Part shown: piece by piece, positions 34,701 through 44,371 of the stretch
How positions within the stretch are numbered: position 1 is the stretch's first letter
How the letters are laid out: each line of letters starts with the position of its first letter
Assembly: GCA_035299505.1 (NCBI GenBank)
Contig: DATGWL010000042.1
Location: forward strand, 791-64,790
Length of the DNA stretch: 64,000 nucleotides
Origin: Saprospiraceae bacterium
Lineage (GTDB): Bacteria > Bacteroidota > Bacteroidia > Chitinophagales > Saprospiraceae
Direction of reading: 5' to 3'
Notes under the pieces: model-generated
The model's input: only the letters and a program-made list of their open reading frames with translations
What the model was told of the DNA's origin: nothing
Databases searched by the model: none
Translations under genes and position numbers: made by a program

Positions 34701-35129
34701 ATGAACAACACTTTTGGCATCAAAGCCCTGGCACTCCTGATGATGGTGGTGCCTACACTGACCTCTTGCGACAAATGCAAAAAAGACGACAAGCCTACCC
34801 TCAAAGATGAAATGGTTGGCGAATGGAAAATCAAATCCATGACTTTTGATGGCTCTGAGGCCATGGGATTTGTAGTTACCAGCTCTAAAATGGAATTAGA
34901 AGAGTACTCCGGCACAAACGGTGATTTCGAATGGGGGATCTTCTACGTAGATGGTAGCAGCGAAAACCAGCAGGGCGACTACGAAGTAGACGAGGAAGAC
35001 AAGGAACTCGAACTGGAAAACAACGACGGCGAACGCATCAAGTTTGACATCGATGTGGATGGCGACGACCTTGAGCTTTCCGGTATTGTAGACGGCGAGC
35101 GCGTGGTAATCAAAGCAGAACGCGATTGA
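34701..35129 (+). CDS. Small acidic lipoprotein
   Basis: Lipobox LMMVVPTLTSC. D/E-rich C-terminal half. No family recognised. Confidence 0.6.
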   Translation: MNNTFGIKALALLMMVVPTLTSCDKCKKDDKPTLKDEMVGEWKIKSMTFDGSEAMGFVVTSSKMELEEYSGTNGDFEWGIFYVDGSSENQQGDYEVDEEDKELELENNDGERIKFDIDVDGDDLELSGIVDGERVVIKAERD

Positions 35130-35237
35130 TAATAGACAACAGCCCCAAAACAACCGTCAATGGAAACGTTGACCAGAACAACTTAGGATTGGTGAAATGT
35201 AGCCCGGCAGCCGCAACGGCTGCCGGGCTTTTTTCTC

Positions 35238-37463
35238 TTACAGTTTTTCCAAAAGATAATCTGTCAGCTTGGTAAACAGGTGCCTGGTGGCATTGTCGCC
35301 ATAAATGCCGTGGTTTCGGTTGGGGTAGTAGTAGGTCTCAAATATCTTGTTGGCCTTGATCAGCGCGTCTATCATTTCTACCGCTTGTTGCCAGTGCACA
35401 TTATCGTCGGTAATGCCATGGCAGATGAGGTAGTTATCGCCGCGCAGCAGTTTGGCAAAATTTACCGGCGAGTTGTCTTCATAGCCCTTGGCATTGTCGG
35501 CGGTGGTATGCATGTAGCGTTCTGTGTAGGCACTGTCATACCATTTCCAGTTGGTAACGGGCGCCACCGCAATGGCCATTTTAAACACATCGGCGCCTTT
35601 CAGGATGCAGGAGGTGCTCAGATAGCCGCCAAAGCTCCAGCCCCAGATGCCCAGCCGGTTGGGGTCGGCCCAGGGCTGGGAGCCCAGGTAACGGGCCGCC
35701 GCAATCTGGTCTTCCGTTTCATATTTGCCCAATTGCAGCTGGGTGCATTTTCTGAAATCCCGCCCCCGCGCGCCCGTGCCACGGTTGTCTACGCTGGCTA
35801 CCACGTATCCTTTTTGTACCAGCATCTGGTGCCAGCTGCCCATATAGCCATCGTATTGATTTTGAACAGTTTGTGAGTTTGGTCCGCCATAAATATCCAA
35901 TAAAACCGGGTATTTTTTCAGGCTGTCCATCACTGCCGGGCGCATAATCCAGCCATTGAGCAGGGTGCCATCGGCCAGGGGGAACTGGAAAAATTCTTTT
36001 TGCACAAAGTTGTATTCCTGCCGGAGTTTGCGCACGCGCTCGTTTTTGGTCAATACCCGCAGGGTATCATCGTTCCGGTCGCAAATGGCCACTACCGGCG
36101 GGGTGTTGGCGTTCGACCAGGTGTGGGTAAAATAATCGAACGTTGGACTGAAATCTGCCGAGTGAGTGCCAGATGGCGGCGTGAGCAAGCGGGCATCGCC
36201 GCCGTTCAGGTCGCCTTCCCAAATTTGCCGGTCCATAGGCGTTGGGGTGGCTGCCTGGAAATAAAATTTGCCCCTGGCCTCATCTACCCCGTAAAAACTC
36301 GTCACATCAAATTTACCCCGGGTCAGGTCAATTGCCGGCTCTTTGGAAGCCCGGTCTGCCGGAATTCTGTAAATATGATTCCAGCCGTCGCGTTCGCTCA
36401 ACCATAGGAAATACGGACTTTTTTTCAGAAAAACCAGCTTGTTTTCCGATTCTACATCCACATAAGCCTGATCTGTTTCTTCCAGCAGCAATCTCGTGGG
36501 TACCCAACGGGTTTTATCTTCCTCATCATAAATAGCCAGATCCGGCTTGGCCACCAAAAGATCCAGGGTATCCTGGCGACGATTGAGACGGGTCATCACC
36601 AATTCATTCTCAGGGGTCCAGTGGATGCGCGGACAATAGTCGTCTTTTTCCAGTCCCATGAGTGTGCCTATGCTTTTGCGCATACGCCAATCGTACATGT
36701 GTACGCTTACCACCGAGTTTAATTCTCCCACTTTTGGGTATTTAAAACTGGTTCGGCGTGGGTACATTTCGCCGTCGTACCAGGTGAGGCCCATTTCCGG
36801 CACTAGGCTTTCATCAAAACGAATATAAGCCAGCATGCTTCCATCGGGGCTCCAGCGTGTGGCCACCATACCGTCGCCGTCTACCGGACTGAATTCTTCC
36901 TCATATACCCAATCTGGCAAACCATTGATGATCTTGTTGGTTTCGCCGTCGTAAGTAATCTGAACGGTTTGATTGTTGATCAAGTCTTTGATATACAGGT
37001 TATTATCCTGTACAAACGCCACTTTGTTGCCATCCGGAGCAAAGGCGGTGAACTGTTGTTTGCCTTTGTCTGACAGAGGGGTTACCTGTTGCGTTTTGAT
37101 GTCGTATACAAAATAGCGGGCCAGCACGGAGTGCCGGTAAATGGGCTCGGTTTCTGTGCGCAACAGGAGTTTGGTTTCGTCGTCGGAGAATTCAAACTGA
37201 TCAAAACTGCGCACCTCATCAGGTAGTTTCAGCACGATGGTGGAGTCAAAATCCTCCTGGCGAACGTCGCGGATATGCAACTCGCCGTCGCGGTCAGCTT
37301 CTACGTAATGAACGCCGTCTTTCAGGTATTGAAAATCGGCGCCAGATTGCGGATAAAATTTAAAGAAGGAGAAACAATCCTCCAGCGTGATGCTTTTTTG
37401 GGCGCTCAGGGCGAGCGGAAAAAGGACCAGGCAGAGCAGGATGCGGAAAAAGGATGTAGTCAT
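35238..37463 (-). CDS. Dipeptidyl-peptidase IV (S9B prolyl oligopeptidase family)
   Basis: DPP-IV N-terminal propeller (RWSPDGSMLAYIRFDES), catalytic GWSFGGY, and C-terminal D and H regions (HGITDDNVHW, NRNHGI). Confidence 0.9.
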   Translation of the reverse strand: MTTSFFRILLCLVLFPLALSAQKSITLEDCFSFFKFYPQSGADFQYLKDGVHYVEADRDGELHIRDVRQEDFDSTIVLKLPDEVRSFDQFEFSDDETKLLLRTETEPIYRHSVLARYFVYDIKTQQVTPLSDKGKQQFTAFAPDGNKVAFVQDNNLYIKDLINNQTVQITYDGETNKIINGLPDWVYEEEFSPVDGDGMVATRWSPDGSMLAYIRFDESLVPEMGLTWYDGEMYPRRTSFKYPKVGELNSVVSVHMYDWRMRKSIGTLMGLEKDDYCPRIHWTPENELVMTRLNRRQDTLDLLVAKPDLAIYDEEDKTRWVPTRLLLEETDQAYVDVESENKLVFLKKSPYFLWLSERDGWNHIYRIPADRASKEPAIDLTRGKFDVTSFYGVDEARGKFYFQAATPTPMDRQIWEGDLNGGDARLLTPPSGTHSADFSPTFDYFTHTWSNANTPPVVAICDRNDDTLRVLTKNERVRKLRQEYNFVQKEFFQFPLADGTLLNGWIMRPAVMDSLKKYPVLLDIYGGPNSQTVQNQYDGYMGSWHQMLVQKGYVVASVDNRGTGARGRDFRKCTQLQLGKYETEDQIAAARYLGSQPWADPNRLGIWGWSFGGYLSTSCILKGADVFKMAIAVAPVTNWKWYDSAYTERYMHTTADNAKGYEDNSPVNFAKLLRGDNYLICHGITDDNVHWQQAVEMIDALIKANKIFETYYYPNRNHGIYGDNATRHLFTKLTDYLLEKL

Positions 37464-37560
37464 GTATCAATAATTTCGGCGAGCCGAAAGGTAGTTCGAC
37501 TCGCCGAAAAACAGTGGTAAGAACCCACAAATACACTTTTTTTAGACCTGAATAACCGGC

Positions 37561-38265
37561 TCAGGGTCGACTTTTGATTCGGATGTTGATGAATTCCACC
37601 GCAACAGAAAAGGCCATGGCAAAATAGATATACCCTTTGGGTATGTGAAAATCGAGGCTTTCGCCTACCAGCGCCACCCCGATCATGATTAGGAATGCAA
37701 GTGCCAGGATTTTAACAGCCGGGTGCCGGTTGACGAAGTTACTGATGGGCGCTGCTGCCAGCATCATTACGCCCACCGAAACCACCACCGCGGCAATCAT
37801 CACCTCGATATGTTCTACCATACCAACGGCTGTAATGACAGAATCCAGCGAAAAGATCAAATCCACCAGAATAATTTGAGTGATAACGGATGAAAAGCTC
37901 AGTTTTTTGCCTTTTTCATTCGTTTTGTCGGCGTCTTCTACTTTGGCATGGATTTCTTTTACACTTTTGTACATCAAAAACAAACCTCCCAGCAGCAGAA
38001 TCAGGTCGCGGCCGCTGAGTTCATTTCCAGCTACCGTGAACAAAGGAGCCGTCAGTTGCATTAACCAGGAAATAGAAAACAACAGTCCGACGCGCATAAT
38101 CATGGCCAGGGAGAGGCCAATTTGACGCGCTTTGGCTTGTTGTTCCTGCGGAAGGCGGCTGGTGAGAATGGAAATGAAAATGATGTTGTCTATGCCCAAT
38201 ACAATTTCCAGGGCACAAAGGGTGAGAAAGGCTATCCAAACGTCAGGGTTGCTCAGGAGTTCCAT
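37561..38265 (-). CDS. TerC-family integral membrane protein
   Basis: ALEIVLGIDNIIFISIL and ILVDLIFSLDSVITAVGM repeated TerC motifs. Multiple TM helices. Confidence 0.85.
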   Translation of the reverse strand: MELLSNPDVWIAFLTLCALEIVLGIDNIIFISILTSRLPQEQQAKARQIGLSLAMIMRVGLLFSISWLMQLTAPLFTVAGNELSGRDLILLLGGLFLMYKSVKEIHAKVEDADKTNEKGKKLSFSSVITQIILVDLIFSLDSVITAVGMVEHIEVMIAAVVVSVGVMMLAAAPISNFVNRHPAVKILALAFLIMIGVALVGESLDFHIPKGYIYFAMAFSVAVEFINIRIKSRP

Positions 38266-38327
38266 GTGATAGTATTACTTTTATGGTATAATAACACCAC
38301 AGAAACAAAAGGTTCAATTTTGGACGC

Positions 38328-39293
38328 ATGAAAAATAAAATAACGCTGTCAGCTGCCGCTTTTTTGCTGATTTTCGGTTCTTTTTGGGTATTCGGCACCC
38401 CCAACATCCGCCCGGAAGATAAATCGCCTGCGCCGGAAATACCCGCTGTGGAACCCGGTGGCAATCCGGAAGAATTGGGCAAGGTGCATTGGCTCAGGGA
38501 TCTTGAAGCTGGCAGGGCCGAGGCTCAAAAAACGGGAAAACCTATTTTGATACTGTTTCAGGAAGTGCCGGGTTGCTCCAATTGCACCCGATACGGGAAT
38601 ACCACCCTTTCTGATCCGCTGATTGTGGAAGCCATTGAGACCTGTTTTGTGCCGGTGTGCATTTACAACAATAAGGGAGGCAAGGATGCAGAGGCATTGC
38701 AGCGTTTTAGCGAGCCAGCCTGGAATAATCCCGTAGTACGGATCGTACGGGCTGATTATCAGGATATTGTATTGCGAATACCCAATTTCCGCTCTTCCTT
38801 GCCGTTGGTAAATGGCATGCGCCGCGCGTTGGAAATGAGTGGCCGGGAAGTGCCGCGTTATATGGAATTGGTGGAGGAAGAATTGGCGGCCAGAGAGGCC
38901 GGGCTTCAGGTGGCTACCTTTTCCATGTATTGTTTCTGGACAGGCGAGGGAACTTTTGGCGCCCTGCCCGGCGTCATTGAAACCCAACCGGGATATCAGG
39001 ACGGAAGAGAAGTGGTTAAAGTCTGGTTTGATCCCAGCGTAACCAGCAAAGCCGAACTGGAGCGCCAAACCCAACCCAAAAATTTTACGGCCTGCGCCAA
39101 AAACGAAGGTTTCCGTGTAGACAACGAACCCAAATACTACATGGCGCAAACGGAGTACAAGCGCATCCAAATGACCTCCCTCCAGGCCTGCCGGGTTAAC
39201 AGTCTCATTGGCAAAAACCAATCACCCGATCACCTGCTATCTCCCCGCCAACTCGCGCTGATAAAGAAGGGCCCCCAACCCTTGGGGCATTAG
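38328..39293 (+). CDS. Two-domain redox protein: thioredoxin-like CxxC domain fused to an MsrA-like domain
   Basis: N-terminal signal/TM, then ILILFQEVPGCSNCTRYG (CxxC). C-terminal VATFSMYCFWTGEGTFGALPGVIETQPGYQDGREVVKVWFDPS resembles the MsrA GCFWG active-site region. Confidence 0.65.
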   Translation: MKNKITLSAAAFLLIFGSFWVFGTPNIRPEDKSPAPEIPAVEPGGNPEELGKVHWLRDLEAGRAEAQKTGKPILILFQEVPGCSNCTRYGNTTLSDPLIVEAIETCFVPVCIYNNKGGKDAEALQRFSEPAWNNPVVRIVRADYQDIVLRIPNFRSSLPLVNGMRRALEMSGREVPRYMELVEEELAAREAGLQVATFSMYCFWTGEGTFGALPGVIETQPGYQDGREVVKVWFDPSVTSKAELERQTQPKNFTACAKNEGFRVDNEPKYYMAQTEYKRIQMTSLQACRVNSLIGKNQSPDHLLSPRQLALIKKGPQPLGH

Positions 39294-39336
39294 CCATAAA
39301 ACAGGGCATACAACTTTAGATCAAAATACAATCAAC

Positions 39337-40062
39337 GTGACCATAAAACATCTTTTCTGGGCTGCAGGCCTGATTTCAGTGCTGCAAGGCTGTGGCGTTT
39401 CCAATCGAATCACCAACAATCCGCCGGCAGCCGGGTTTGATACTGCGGGTTCTGACGCCCGGGCTGTGGCAATTGCCGATGAGGTCATGCAGGCTATGGG
39501 CGGCCGTAAAGCCTGGGATGAAACGCGGGTTTTATCCTGGAACTTTTTCAACCGCAGAAAGCTGGTGTGGGACAAATTTGCCCAAACCTGCCGCATTGAA
39601 TGGCTGACGAAATCGCAAGTCATCAACGTCAACCTGCAGGATGGAAGCGGCACTGTTCAACTCAACGGGGTAAACCAAACCCATCCGGATAGTTTGGCCA
39701 AATACCTCGATATAGGTAAAAAAGTATGGATCAATGATTCGTACTGGCTGGTGATGCCGTTCAAACTCAAAGACAGCGGGGTAACACTCAAATACCTCGG
39801 CGATTCCAAAACCGAAAGCGGAGCCGCCTCGGATCTGCTTCAGCTTACCTTCAAAGGCGTGGGCGTTACGCCGGATAATAAATACCATGTCTGGGTGGAT
39901 AAAAAATCACGCCTGGTAACCCAATGGGCGTATTTTGAAAAGTACAGCGATGAAAAACCTGCTCTGCAAAATGCCTGGAGCGGTTATACCAAAGTGGGGA
40001 ATATTCTTATTGCCACGGAAAGGGGGACTCGTGGTAGTCTTGCTCCAGTAATGAGTGAATGA
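39337..40062 (+). CDS. Hypothetical lipoprotein
   Basis: GTG start in the track. Lipobox ISVLQGCG. No family recognised. Confidence 0.6.
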   Translation: MTIKHLFWAAGLISVLQGCGVSNRITNNPPAAGFDTAGSDARAVAIADEVMQAMGGRKAWDETRVLSWNFFNRRKLVWDKFAQTCRIEWLTKSQVINVNLQDGSGTVQLNGVNQTHPDSLAKYLDIGKKVWINDSYWLVMPFKLKDSGVTLKYLGDSKTESGAASDLLQLTFKGVGVTPDNKYHVWVDKKSRLVTQWAYFEKYSDEKPALQNAWSGYTKVGNILIATERGTRGSLAPVMSE

Positions 40063-40208
40063 GTGGCGTTTGTAATTCGTTCGTGTATTTAGCCCGATAA
40101 TGATTTTCAGGATTACACATTTCCAAGTTCGCTGCACAATCGAAACTTCATTGGGTAACCAATAATGCTTGTTTCATCTCCTGGTTTTTTTTGCACATAG
40201 GGCCTCAC

Positions 40209-40820
40209 TCACTCACTCAATATCTCCACCCCGAGCATCAGATGCGCATCGTGCGGATTGGAGGCTCCCCAGAAATACCCTCTGAACATTGGTTGAAGTA
40301 GCCAGGTTCTGCCGGTTTTTTTGTTGCGAAACGACCAGCTGGCGCCGGCGCCCAGGGTGAGAAAGTTGTCCGCCAGCCGGCTGCGACTCATGTAAGTGCT
40401 CCCAATTTCGCCTACCCAGCATCGGCGGGCGTTTCTTTTAGACGCTTTACGGAAGCCGGCTGTTAATGAGACAGCATGGCGTTCGTAATGCGCATAACTG
40501 GTTTCTGTTGTGGTGGAAAATATACCCCCGCCAAGGTCTACGGTACTGGTGGTGTACAAATTTTCAGCAAAAAACAGGTAGGCATAACGCCCGGATAAAC
40601 GCAATTCCCAGGCTTTATGGATGGGTTTAAAGTAGTCTGCGCCCAAACTAAAACCAGGTCCTGGAATCTGATCGTCTTCAATCAAGCCAAAACGCATGGA
40701 TCGATTGGCGTTGACGCCCAAACTAAAAGACCAGTTTCCCTTTGGGGCTATGGAGTCTTGCTGAGCCATAACAGCCATGCTTATTACCAGGGTAAACAGG
40801 AGGATTGACAACTTTTTCAT
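40209..40820 (-). CDS. Putative outer-membrane beta-barrel protein
   Basis: Track ORF trimmed to ATG 40820 (MKKLSILLFTLVISMAVMAQQ). Alternating hydrophobic pattern with an aromatic-rich C-terminus. Confidence 0.55.
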   Translation of the reverse strand: MKKLSILLFTLVISMAVMAQQDSIAPKGNWSFSLGVNANRSMRFGLIEDDQIPGPGFSLGADYFKPIHKAWELRLSGRYAYLFFAENLYTTSTVDLGGGIFSTTTETSYAHYERHAVSLTAGFRKASKRNARRCWVGEIGSTYMSRSRLADNFLTLGAGASWSFRNKKTGRTWLLQPMFRGYFWGASNPHDAHLMLGVEILSE

Positions 40821-40900
40821 GAAAAATGGGTTACGACTTTTGTGTAAGATACAGTCAACGATAAGTTTGTAGATCAATTCGGCCATCTTCGCACCTCAAA

Positions 40901-42787
40901 ATGCTACGTGACAAAAACTATCGCCGTGCGGTGCGCATGGCCAACCCACAGGGAAAAATGAGCGCAACCAAACATACATCTGGTTTTTTACAACAATTCA
41001 CCTCTTTGCGCAATGTTCCGAGGTTCTTTCGCATGATTTGGGAAGTAAGCCCGTCCATGACGCTTTGGAATGTGGTGCTTCGCTTGCTCCAGTCTGCCGT
41101 ACCGCTGGCTATGCTGTACGTGGGTAAAGAAATTGTAGACGGGGTGCTGGAGTTTATCCAACATCCACAGCCGGTGCAGTGGTTGTTGCCCTCCGGACTC
41201 TGGTTCTGGGTACTCACTGAACTGGGTTTGGCAGTGGTGTCCAGTTTGCTGAGCAGGGGTATCACGCTAACGGATAGTTTGCTGGGCGATTTGGTCAACA
41301 ACGACTCTTCCGTGCGCATCATCCGGCATGCGGCTACCCTGGATTTGTATCAGTTTGAAGATGCGAATTTTTACGATAAACTGGAACGCGCGCGCACCCA
41401 GACAGCTGGTCGGACGGCTCTGATGAGCATGGTGCTTTCTCAGGCGCAGGACATGATCACGGTGGTTTTTCTGGCGGCTGGTATGGTAGCCTTTAACCCC
41501 TGGCTGCTGATTATTCTGGTGTTGGCTGTTATTCCTTCCTTTATCGGGGAAACTAAATTCAACGCGGAATCTTACTCGCTTTCCCGCTCCTGGACCCCCG
41601 AACGACGCGAAATTGATTATCTCAGATACATCGGTGCAAGCAATGAAACCGCCAAGGAAATCAAGATTTTTGGCCTGGAAAACTTCATTGCCGACCGTTT
41701 TAAATCTATTTCCGACCGCTATTACCTGGCCAATCAGAAATTGGCTTTGCGCCGGGCGGCATGGGGGGCTTTTTTCTCCACCCTGGGCACGGTGTCCTAT
41801 TATGCCGCCTATGTTTTTGTGGTGGGGCAAACAGTGGTTGGCGCTATAACGGTGGGTACCCTCACTTTCCTGGCCGGCGCCTTCAGTCGCCTGCAAAACC
41901 TGCTGCAAGGCGTGGTGAGTCGCTTTTCCCGCATTGCAGAAACCTCCCTGTACCTGCAGGATTTGTTTGATTTTCTGGAATTAAAACCGCTGGCAGGCAA
42001 TCATCAGGGCGGTAAAAAAATACCACGGCCTATTCAAAAGGGTTTTGTGTTTGAAAATGTGGGCTTTAAATACCCTGATACGGATGTCTGGGCCCTGCGC
42101 CACCTGAGTTTTACCCTGAATCCGGGAGAAAAATTGGCGCTGGTAGGGGAAAACGGCGCGGGCAAAACCACCCTGGTGAAATTGCTGGCCCACCTGTACG
42201 AACCCACCGAAGGACGTATTCTGCTCGATGGCGTAGACCTCTGCGAATACGACCCGGAAGACCTTCGAAGGGAAATTGGGGTAATTTTCCAGGATTATGT
42301 GCGGTTTATGTTTACTGCAGGAGAAAATATCTCCATTGGAAATATTGAAGAACTGGAAAATCGCTCGCGCATTCAGGATTCTGCCCACAAGAGTCTGGCC
42401 GATACCGTCATTGATCCGCTGCCCAAAAAATACGAGCAAATGTTGGGCAAACGTTTCGCTGGTGGCGTTGACCTCAGCGGTGGCCAATGGCAAAAGGTAG
42501 CCCTCGCCCGCGCTTACATGCGCGATGCTCAACTCATCATTCTCGACGAGCCCACAGCAGCGCTGGATGCCCGGGCCGAACACGAGGTGTTTGTACGTTT
42601 TGCCGAACTGATGAAAGGGAAAGCCGCGGTACTCATCTCTCACCGCTTCAGCACCGTTCGTATGGCCGATCGTATTCTGTTCCTCGAACACGGTCAACTC
42701 CTCGAACTGGGCACCCACGAAGAACTCCTGGCCAAAGGCGGGAAATACGCAGAACTGTTCAGGTTGCAGGCCAAAGGGTATCAGTGA
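40901..42787 (+). CDS. ABC exporter, fused permease and ATPase (MsbA-like)
   Basis: Six-TM N-terminal half. Walker A GENGAGKTT, signature LSGGQWQKVALARA, Walker B LIILDEPTAALD. The exact start among the early Met codons is uncertain. Confidence 0.88.
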   Translation: MLRDKNYRRAVRMANPQGKMSATKHTSGFLQQFTSLRNVPRFFRMIWEVSPSMTLWNVVLRLLQSAVPLAMLYVGKEIVDGVLEFIQHPQPVQWLLPSGLWFWVLTELGLAVVSSLLSRGITLTDSLLGDLVNNDSSVRIIRHAATLDLYQFEDANFYDKLERARTQTAGRTALMSMVLSQAQDMITVVFLAAGMVAFNPWLLIILVLAVIPSFIGETKFNAESYSLSRSWTPERREIDYLRYIGASNETAKEIKIFGLENFIADRFKSISDRYYLANQKLALRRAAWGAFFSTLGTVSYYAAYVFVVGQTVVGAITVGTLTFLAGAFSRLQNLLQGVVSRFSRIAETSLYLQDLFDFLELKPLAGNHQGGKKIPRPIQKGFVFENVGFKYPDTDVWALRHLSFTLNPGEKLALVGENGAGKTTLVKLLAHLYEPTEGRILLDGVDLCEYDPEDLRREIGVIFQDYVRFMFTAGENISIGNIEELENRSRIQDSAHKSLADTVIDPLPKKYEQMLGKRFAGGVDLSGGQWQKVALARAYMRDAQLIILDEPTAALDARAEHEVFVRFAELMKGKAAVLISHRFSTVRMADRILFLEHGQLLELGTHEELLAKGGKYAELFRLQAKGYQ

Positions 42788-42917
42788 CGGTGGACAGCTT
42801 ACGGTGGACGGTAGACGGTGGACGGCTTACGGTGGACGGTAGACGGCCTACGGTATATGGGTGGGTACCGTAAGCCGTCTACCGTCCACCGTCCACCGTA
42901 AGCCGTCCACCGTCCAA
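42786..42917. repeat. Word-repeat palindrome (ACGGTGGACGG / CCGTCCACCGT) filling the entire convergent gap between the ABC exporter and ruvA
   Basis: cttacggtggacggtagacgg words on the left mirror ccgtctaccgtccaccgtaag words on the right, around the centre ggtatatgggtgggtacc. The element spans from stop codon to stop codon. Confidence 0.9.
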
Positions 42918-43514
42918 TCAATTTGCCAGCCCCTTGAGGGCCAGCTTGATGAGGTCTTCTACCTTGCTTACGTTGGGTTGTTCGCGCATCACAGCATTAA
43001 GCGCTTTTTGCACCGCAATACGGTTGAAACCGAGGGCCATGAGGGCCGACAGGGCTTCTTCCCGCACGGTATCGTCCACCATACTGGGCAGTAGTGTGGG
43101 TACATCCGGTGCTTCCTTGGAAAGCTTGGATTTCAGGTCGAGAATGACCTGTTTGGCGGTTTTGGCGCCAATGCCTTTTACCCGCTGCAGCACATGCGCC
43201 TGTTCGCCAATGATGGCGGCACGAATTTCATCTACAGTCATGGAGGAAAGAATCAGTTGTGCAGTAGTGGCGCCCACCCCGGTTACCCCAATGAGGTTGA
43301 CAAACATGCTGCGCTCCACCTGAGTGGCAAAACCAAACAAGGTATGGGAGTCTTCTTTCACAATCAGGTGCGTGTACACCGTAGCGCGTTCCTGTCCCTG
43401 CAAGGCTGTGTAAGTGCTCAGGGGTATATTGACATGGAAACCAATGCCATTCACCTCCAGGGTAATAAAGGCAGGGCTGCGAAACGTAATTTCTCCTTTC
43501 AGATAGGCGTACAT
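42918..43514 (-). CDS. ruvA: Holliday-junction branch-migration complex subunit RuvA
   Basis: Track ORF 42918..43712, trimmed to ATG 43514 (MYAYLKGEITFRSPAFITLEVNGIGFHVNI). HhH motifs LIGVTGVGATTAQ and LQRVKGIGAKTAKQ. Confidence 0.92.
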   Translation of the reverse strand: MYAYLKGEITFRSPAFITLEVNGIGFHVNIPLSTYTALQGQERATVYTHLIVKEDSHTLFGFATQVERSMFVNLIGVTGVGATTAQLILSSMTVDEIRAAIIGEQAHVLQRVKGIGAKTAKQVILDLKSKLSKEAPDVPTLLPSMVDDTVREEALSALMALGFNRIAVQKALNAVMREQPNVSKVEDLIKLALKGLAN

Positions 43515-43760
43515 GAGTGGTGTTTTTGAGTGTTTGAGTTTTTGAGTTTTTGAGTGCCTGAGTGCCTGAGTGCCTGAGTGTTTGAGTGTTTGAGTTGGGG
43601 TGCGGCTGGGGTTTACCACTAAGACACTAAGGGCACTCAGGTGTATTATTCTTAGTGTCCTTAGTGCCTTAGTGGTAAGTGGTAAACCCCAGCCGCACCC
43701 CAACTCAAACACTCAAACACTCAGGCACTCAAACACTCAGGCACTCAAAAACTCAAACAC
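43515..43760. repeat. Second full-length copy of the GAGTGTTT / CCACTAAG word-repeat palindrome, between gldH and ruvA
   Basis: The left arm is gagtgtttgagtttttgag...gagtgcctgag x3...gagttggggtgcggctgggg. The core is ccactaagacactaag...cttagtgtccttagtgccttagtgg. The right arm is ccccagccgcaccccaactcaaacactcaaacactcaggcactc... Confidence 0.9.
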
Positions 43761-44228
43761 TTATTTCTTCTTTGCTGTTTTTTCTACTGTCAGTCCGATG
43801 GACTTAAGCCCCGGCAGCGCGTCCCGCCGACCAAATTGTTCCAGGGTAATGACGTATTCGCCGGCTTTTTCAAAAAAAGCATTTTGCTGTATAGGAATGC
43901 TTGTACTACAATTTCCACCGGAACATTTGCCGGCTGGTTTGCCTTCCGGATCAAACAGATCAAATGACAAAGGTTTACTCAACCGTTTGCCATCCGGGAA
44001 TTTCGTATAAAACTTGATGTACACATTCTGATTCGGGAATGAATCCGCGTAAGAGAAGGTAACACTCAGGTTGTACAAAGCCGTAGTGTCTGTAATGGAA
44101 AACCGATAATCAAGGGTGTCGCGGTACATCCATTGAGCATTGGTAATGGCTTTTTCTTCTTCAAAAAGATAATCCGGTCCACATGCGGTAAAAACAACGG
44201 CCGCTGCCAAAAAGAGGATATATTTCAT
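43761..44228 (-). CDS. gldH: Gliding-motility lipoprotein GldH
   Basis: 155 aa. Lipobox AAAVVFTAC. Layout typical of GldH (W..RD...Y.F...D....YN........Y...N.Y......P.G and a C-terminal G.Y..T.EQ..R...LPG...IGL.VEK). Confidence 0.75.
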   Translation of the reverse strand: MKYILFLAAAVVFTACGPDYLFEEEKAITNAQWMYRDTLDYRFSITDTTALYNLSVTFSYADSFPNQNVYIKFYTKFPDGKRLSKPLSFDLFDPEGKPAGKCSGGNCSTSIPIQQNAFFEKAGEYVITLEQFGRRDALPGLKSIGLTVEKTAKKK

Positions 44229-44232
44229 GGTG

Positions 44233-44292
44233 GAGTGTTTTGGTGTTTTAGTGTTTTGGTGTTTTAGTGTTTTGGTGTTTTAGTGTTTTGGT
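44233..44292. repeat. (GTGTTTTG/GTGTTTTA) tandem word repeat abutting the gldH start
   Basis: gtgttttggtgttttagtgttttggtgttttagtgttttggtgttttagtgttttggtg. C/A-rich on the gldH-sense strand. Confidence 0.85.
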
Positions 44293-44371
44293 GAGTGAGC
44301 CACAGGGGTAGGAATTGGTTCTCCGCGCCTCCCCGATAAATATTTCACGCACGCACTCATTAATTCACTCA

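Noticed and set aside
38266-38327. yybP-ykoY (Mn) riboswitch upstream of the TerC-family gene
   Set aside because: The divergent intergenic gap is only 62 nt, too short for the riboswitch plus two promoters, and no conserved riboswitch helices were seen.
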